Source: an uncultured Thermoplasmatales archaeon
GTDB taxonomy: Archaea; Thermoplasmatota; E2; UBA202; DSCA01
Direction of reading: 5' to 3'
NCBI GenBank assembly: GCA_964514975.1
Contig: CAZESS010000004.1
Span: forward strand, 1,708 to 65,707
Length of the DNA: 64,000 nucleotides
The position numbers were made by a program, and so were the translations under genes. Positions 60,701 to 64,000 of this stretch are shown here, piece after piece; positions within the stretch are counted from its first letter, which is position 1, and the number at the start of each line of letters is the position of its first letter. The notes under the pieces were generated by a model. That model did not search any database. It worked only from the letters and a program-made list of their open reading frames with translations, and was not told the DNA's origin.

Positions 60701-61695
60701 TTTTCGGCGGACCGGACCGTGTTGTTGTTGGTGTCGTTGGCCCACACGGTATAGCGGTAGGTGCCCTTGGCAGTGTAATTTCGGGTATAATGGTAGTTGG
60801 TGGTGTTGCCCGTCCGATTCATGCTGGTGTTGTGGCATGTGCCGTTTGGAAGCGTGATGTTGATGTAGTTCATGCTCACGTTGGCGGAGCTGGTTATCCG
60901 GCATGAGATGTTGACCTGTCCACCGGGCGACTGTATCTGGGGGGTTGCCTGCAGATGGAAAATGTTTATCCCGGCGTACGGCCGCATCAGGGGATAGCGA
61001 TCGAAAGTTGAACCTGTGGCTGGCTGGATGGGATACGGGGTGTCACCGATGCCGTCGTTGTTGGTGTCGTTTCCGTCATAGCTATCCCAGTAGTTGCCCT
61101 CTTCGAGCGTGGCATTGTACCAGAAGTTGTCATGTCCGGCATCGTAGGCGCTGTTGTTGAGAAATGAGTTGTGAAACATGGTGTTGCCTGTGCAAAATTT
61201 CTCGACATACAGCCCGTGGTTGGCGGAATTTTCTATCCGGTTTTCCTGTACCACATTGTTGTCGGCAAGCCGGAGCCGTATCCCGTCATAGTTGTCGGTG
61301 ACGGTACACTGTGAAATCGTTACACGCTCTGTGCCGTCGAGGAGCATGCCGCCTTTTCCGGAGCCGCCGTTCCTGATGGTGCAGCCCGTTATGGATGCCC
61401 CGCTGGCCTTCACGGTCACCACGTATCCCTGTCCCTCCCCGTCGATGATAACGGCATCCCGACCGGAGCCCACCAGGCTGACCTGTTTGCTGATGGATAC
61501 GCGTTCATTGTATGTCCCCGCGTATACGAAAACGGTGTCTCCAGAGCCGGCGTCGTTGATCGCCTGCTGGATTGAGGTGTAATCCTCGCCCCCGTTGACA
61601 TCCACCGTGATTGTCTCCCCCTCCGTAACATATCCCCTGAAGGAAAAGAGCAGGAGGCAGACAGCTAGGAGAGCGAGCGGGAAGCTTTTTTTCAT
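57733..61695 (-). CDS. Secreted NosD/CASH beta-helix + multi-PKD protein with a duplicated C-terminal domain
   Basis: Signal peptide; DYTSIQQAINDA..GDTVFVYAGTYNE; EGNYWDSY.G.D.N.DGIGDTPY; six PKD motifs; two ~95-aa C-terminal repeats. Confidence 0.88.
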   Translation of the reverse strand: MKKSFPLALLAVCLLLFSFRGYVTEGETITVDVNGGEDYTSIQQAINDAGSGDTVFVYAGTYNERVSISKQVSLVGSGRDAVIIDGEGQGYVVTVKASGASITGCTIRNGGSGKGGMLLDGTERVTISQCTVTDNYDGIRLRLADNNVVQENRIENSANHGLYVEKFCTGNTMFHNSFLNNSAYDAGHDNFWYNATLEEGNYWDSYDGNDTNNDGIGDTPYPIQPATGSTFDRYPLMRPYAGINIFHLQATPQIQSPGGQVNISCRITSSANVSMNYINITLPNGTCHNTSMNRTGNTTNYHYTRNYTAKGTYRYTVWANDTNNNTVRSAEKKFVIANKPTASFTYTPASPTRLDTVTFNATSSSDPDGSIINYTWNLGDGTTMTGETVGYQYSKNRTYTVTLTVTDNHGAWDTAQQEVTIRNILPVADFSFTPDNATVGEPVSFTDLSYDPDGDVYEHEWSFGDGATSNNDNPTHAYASNGNFTVTLTVTDGDDGNDTMTGEITVRDVEPPRIENVSAYPNPQEIKGRVNVTCRVTDDVAVDQVWINITGPTSDNMSMHSNDGTTWWHEAPYNTAGNYSVKIWADDPSGNSNTSNPYTFQIFHPAMPPEIHDVQDVPQEKQYGYPVNISCNASDNVALSSVTINVTFPDGSSINTSMDPAGIDDDCNGIYFHNQTYPSLGNYSYRIWATDVNDYVSNSSIHQFTIVDTMPPHMTNLSISPGIQEPNETVNVSCTVADNLAMQNVSITITHAGDTMAHKTMNTSSLYFLTQSYSQQGRYNVTIHANDTLGNLASFSGQFSITIFPTANFTFSPASPVSRENITFTDHSNDPDGSITAWHWTFGDGNTSTAQHPTHSYSEDATYTVTLTVTDNDSATATLSRQITVENVPPTATLTYTPGQPTDLDTITFNASGSTDPDGNITGYNWSFGDGTTTTGAIATHSYQDDGTYMVTLTVTDDDGASSQVQQNVTVDNVPPAADFGYAQSGMQIGVSPNASDPDGTIVNWTWNFGDGTIKYENTSTDVTHRYSQDGGYTVTLTVTDDDNATASTSAHISVGTYLAADFTYGADPATGSPVAFHDNSSYAATWQWTFGDGKTSNQTNPSHTYHIGNYYNVTLTITNGSANATMSKTVPVDTTIHIVKNANNVVNYIPWLGDNITASALASQIGGAIMPPGSVVSRWNTSTGSFDSYVVGVSPPEYDFVIHPYDAVVLRVAAAGNFTEQAYRLADRIVQLHKNSDNVANHVVWSSVTAVQASALASQIGGAIMPPGSVVSRWNTSTGSFDSYVVGVSPPEYDFVIHPGDCAVLRIAQSGQYHIEVKT
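57796..58222. repeat. Perfect 142-bp direct repeat (57796-57937 = 58081-58222)
   Basis: Base-for-base identical by manual comparison; encodes ASALASQIGGAIMPPGSVVSRWNTSTGSFDSYVVGVSPPEYDFVIHP twice. Confidence 0.92.
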
Positions 61696-61704
61696 CGTGA
61701 CCTC

Positions 61705-63999
61705 TTATTCGACACGGCTGATGAGCGGACGGATGTCCTCTTCGCTGCTGGGGCCAGCAATGTCGTAATAAACGCTCCAGTACCAGGCGGTGCCGCTCTC
61801 GGGCTGCTGCGTTGCATTGGGATACCGCTGCTCGTAGTTCTTCCAGTAGTTGCCCTCTTTTTCCTCGGAGTCCGGATTGTACCAGCTGTTGCCGCCGCCT
61901 TCGTCGTAGCACAGGCTGGAACTCCTGAAGCTGGTGTTTTCGAAGTTGTTCGAGTATATCTTGTTGTTTTTGGAATTGTTTCCAAGGATGTAGACGCCGT
62001 AGCTGGCGGACAGGTCGATGGTGAACGTGTTTTCTTTGAGGACATTGTTACTCGTGGAAGAGGTCAGGTAGATTCCTCTACCATTGTATTCAAGTATGTT
62101 ATCCTGGATTGTGCCATCCGTGGCGGCTTCCATATATATGCCTTGCGTGCTGCCCGAGATGGTGTTGCCGGTGATGGTACAGTAGGTGGAGGATTGCACG
62201 TAGATGCTCTCGTTTGTGTTCGATGACATGGTGTTGCCGCTGATGGTGCAGGACCCCGAGTTCACGATGTATATTCCCCGTTCATTGTAGGATATGGTGT
62301 TTCCGTTTTCGACATGGGTGCCGTTGGAGCTCCTGATCTCTATGCCGATGCTGTTGTTGCAGATAGTGTTGCTCTGTATGGGGCGCGACGAACCAAGCGT
62401 CGATGAAAGCACTTTAACGGCGGCCGAGGTGTTATGCCAGTACAGGTGGTTGTTTTTAACGTCGGCGGTGTCGGAGTTGTTGATGACGATGCCCGGCGCG
62501 TTCTGCCACAGCGTGTTGTTGTTGACGACGTTGTTATCGGAGGAGGAGGCAAGGTAGATACCCGAGCCAGCGTGGCCATAGACCCGGTTTCCTCCCTCCG
62601 CGTTGTTGCCGACGCTGTTGCTGTTTGAAGCGGAGAGATAGATGCCGTCCGTGTTGCCATACACGGTGTTGTCAAAGATGCTGTTGCCGTTCGAGGACGA
62701 CAGATAGACGCCCCGCTGGTTGCCATACACCGTGTTATCCTCGATGGAGTTGCCCTTCGAGGTGGCCAGGATGATGCCATTGCCGCCATTGTCATGCACC
62801 GTGTTGTTACGTATTTCGTTGTTGCCCGCGGTCGCCGGCTTGGAGTTCTCCAGGTAGATGCCGTGGGACGTGCTCGAATGGACGACGTTGTCCACGATGA
62901 TGTTTCCGTTTCCTCCAGACGAGGAGAGATGAATACCGATGTCGTTGTGCTCGACGGTGTTGGACAGCACGTCGTTGTTGTTCCCCGAGGTGAGCAGCAG
63001 GCCCGTCTGCGTGTTGTTGTGGAGATAGTTGCCGGCTATCCGGTTGTTGGAGGAACTCGTTGACAGGATGCCGAAGCCCTGGTTCCATCGGATGACGTTG
63101 CCGGTGATGTTGTTCGTGGACGAGGACTGCACCTTCATGCCGTTGCCAGTGTACTCGACGAGGTTGTCAACAATGGTGTTTTCCTGAGCGTAGTTGTTGA
63201 GATAGATGCCGCTGATGCTGCTGTTGTTGATGGCGTTGCCGGTCACGTTGTTGTAGCTGCTCCCCTCGACATAGATACCATAAACGTTCTCCCAGAGCGT
63301 GTTGTTGTAGATGGCGTTGGTGTTCGAAAACGAGTACAGACGGATGCCGCTTTGCCCGTTGCCATATATATCGTTCTGTGTTATCTCGTTTTCATTTGAC
63401 GACTGCATGTAGATACCATGTCTGCCGTTTCCAGTGATAACGTTGTAGATAACGACGTTTCCGCCGGGGAGATTGTAGAGAGCCCGGTTGAAATGTATGC
63501 CGTCGCCGGTGCTGTTGGAAATTGTGCAATGCTCAATGGTGTTGTTCTTTGAATCATAGATGTATATGCCCCGCGAGTTGTTGTGAACCGTGTTGTTGTA
63601 GATGGTGTTGAAGTTGGAGGAGGAAGACAGAGATATCCCGGTTTCCGTGTGATTCATAATCTGGTTTGCCTGTATCACGTTGTTGCTCGAGCTGCTCCCC
63701 AGGATACCGTACTGGTTGCTTTCTATCTGGTTGTGCACGATGTCGTTGTTGCTTGAATCCTGTAGCTCCAAACCGTTCAGATTTGACTGCAGGGTGTTAT
63801 CTTCGATGGTGTTTGAATGGGAATAGTCGCTTATCAGGAAAGCGCTCCCGGAGTGGTCGGTTATCACGTTGTCGGTAACGATGTTGCTGTTCGATATGTT
63901 GAGATAGATGCCTCGCGTGTTGTTTTGTATCGTGTTGTATCTGAGGGTGTTCAGGTCGGTGGCGGACACGAGTTCTATTGCGGTGCCGGTGTTGTCTTT
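61705..63999 (-). CDS. Long right-handed parallel beta-helix (NosD/CASH) protein, 5'-truncated by the window
   Basis: About 30 ~22-aa repeats GIYL..S..N.I..N.I..N; EGNYW C-terminal cap; frame open to the window end. Confidence 0.88.
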   Translation of the reverse strand, partial: KDNTGTAIELVSATDLNTLRYNTIQNNTRGIYLNISNSNIVTDNVITDHSGSAFLISDYSHSNTIEDNTLQSNLNGLELQDSSNNDIVHNQIESNQYGILGSSSSNNVIQANQIMNHTETGISLSSSSNFNTIYNNTVHNNSRGIYIYDSKNNTIEHCTISNSTGDGIHFNRALYNLPGGNVVIYNVITGNGRHGIYMQSSNENEITQNDIYGNGQSGIRLYSFSNTNAIYNNTLWENVYGIYVEGSSYNNVTGNAINNSSISGIYLNNYAQENTIVDNLVEYTGNGMKVQSSSTNNITGNVIRWNQGFGILSTSSSNNRIAGNYLHNNTQTGLLLTSGNNNDVLSNTVEHNDIGIHLSSSGGNGNIIVDNVVHSSTSHGIYLENSKPATAGNNEIRNNTVHDNGGNGIILATSKGNSIEDNTVYGNQRGVYLSSSNGNSIFDNTVYGNTDGIYLSASNSNSVGNNAEGGNRVYGHAGSGIYLASSSDNNVVNNNTLWQNAPGIVINNSDTADVKNNHLYWHNTSAAVKVLSSTLGSSRPIQSNTICNNSIGIEIRSSNGTHVENGNTISYNERGIYIVNSGSCTISGNTMSSNTNESIYVQSSTYCTITGNTISGSTQGIYMEAATDGTIQDNILEYNGRGIYLTSSTSNNVLKENTFTIDLSASYGVYILGNNSKNNKIYSNNFENTSFRSSSLCYDEGGGNSWYNPDSEEKEGNYWKNYEQRYPNATQQPESGTAWYWSVYYDIAGPSSEEDIRPLISRVE

Positions 64000-64000
64000 G

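Overview
Archaeal chromosomal window, most likely an uncultured Thermoplasmata lineage. The evidence is archaeal rpl1-rpl10(P0)-rpl12, membrane LonB, MptA, intron-containing tRNAs with TATA-box promoters, and a heliorhodopsin closely resembling the Thermoplasmatales HeR. The left end (1-~9450) is an AT-richer accessory region. It holds a giant mosaic surface protein whose membrane anchor lies out of frame, duplicated tRNA 3'-end (att-like) remnants, an origin/operator-like non-coding stretch, a small divergent orphan module and an FG-GAP pseudogene. The GC-rich middle holds housekeeping genes (purB, mptA, kptA, mtnA, ileS, ribosomal proteins, glycerate 2-kinase, pncC, rtcA, pyrH, 2-oxoacid:ferredoxin oxidoreductase, lonB) and four tRNAs. 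It also holds several noteworthy modules: a photolyase-heliorhodopsin light cluster near a lycopene-cyclase remnant, a cyclic 2,3-diphosphoglycerate operon with a CBS protein and a half-inactive tandem metallophosphoesterase, and a LuxE-like/transglutaminase-like gene pair. The right end is a minus-strand surface-protein operon encoding beta-helix proteins, a dockerin protein and a membrane-anchored two-cohesin scaffoldin, followed by a pilin-like gene. All calls come from motif recognition by eye; no database searches were run and GC statements are visual estimates.
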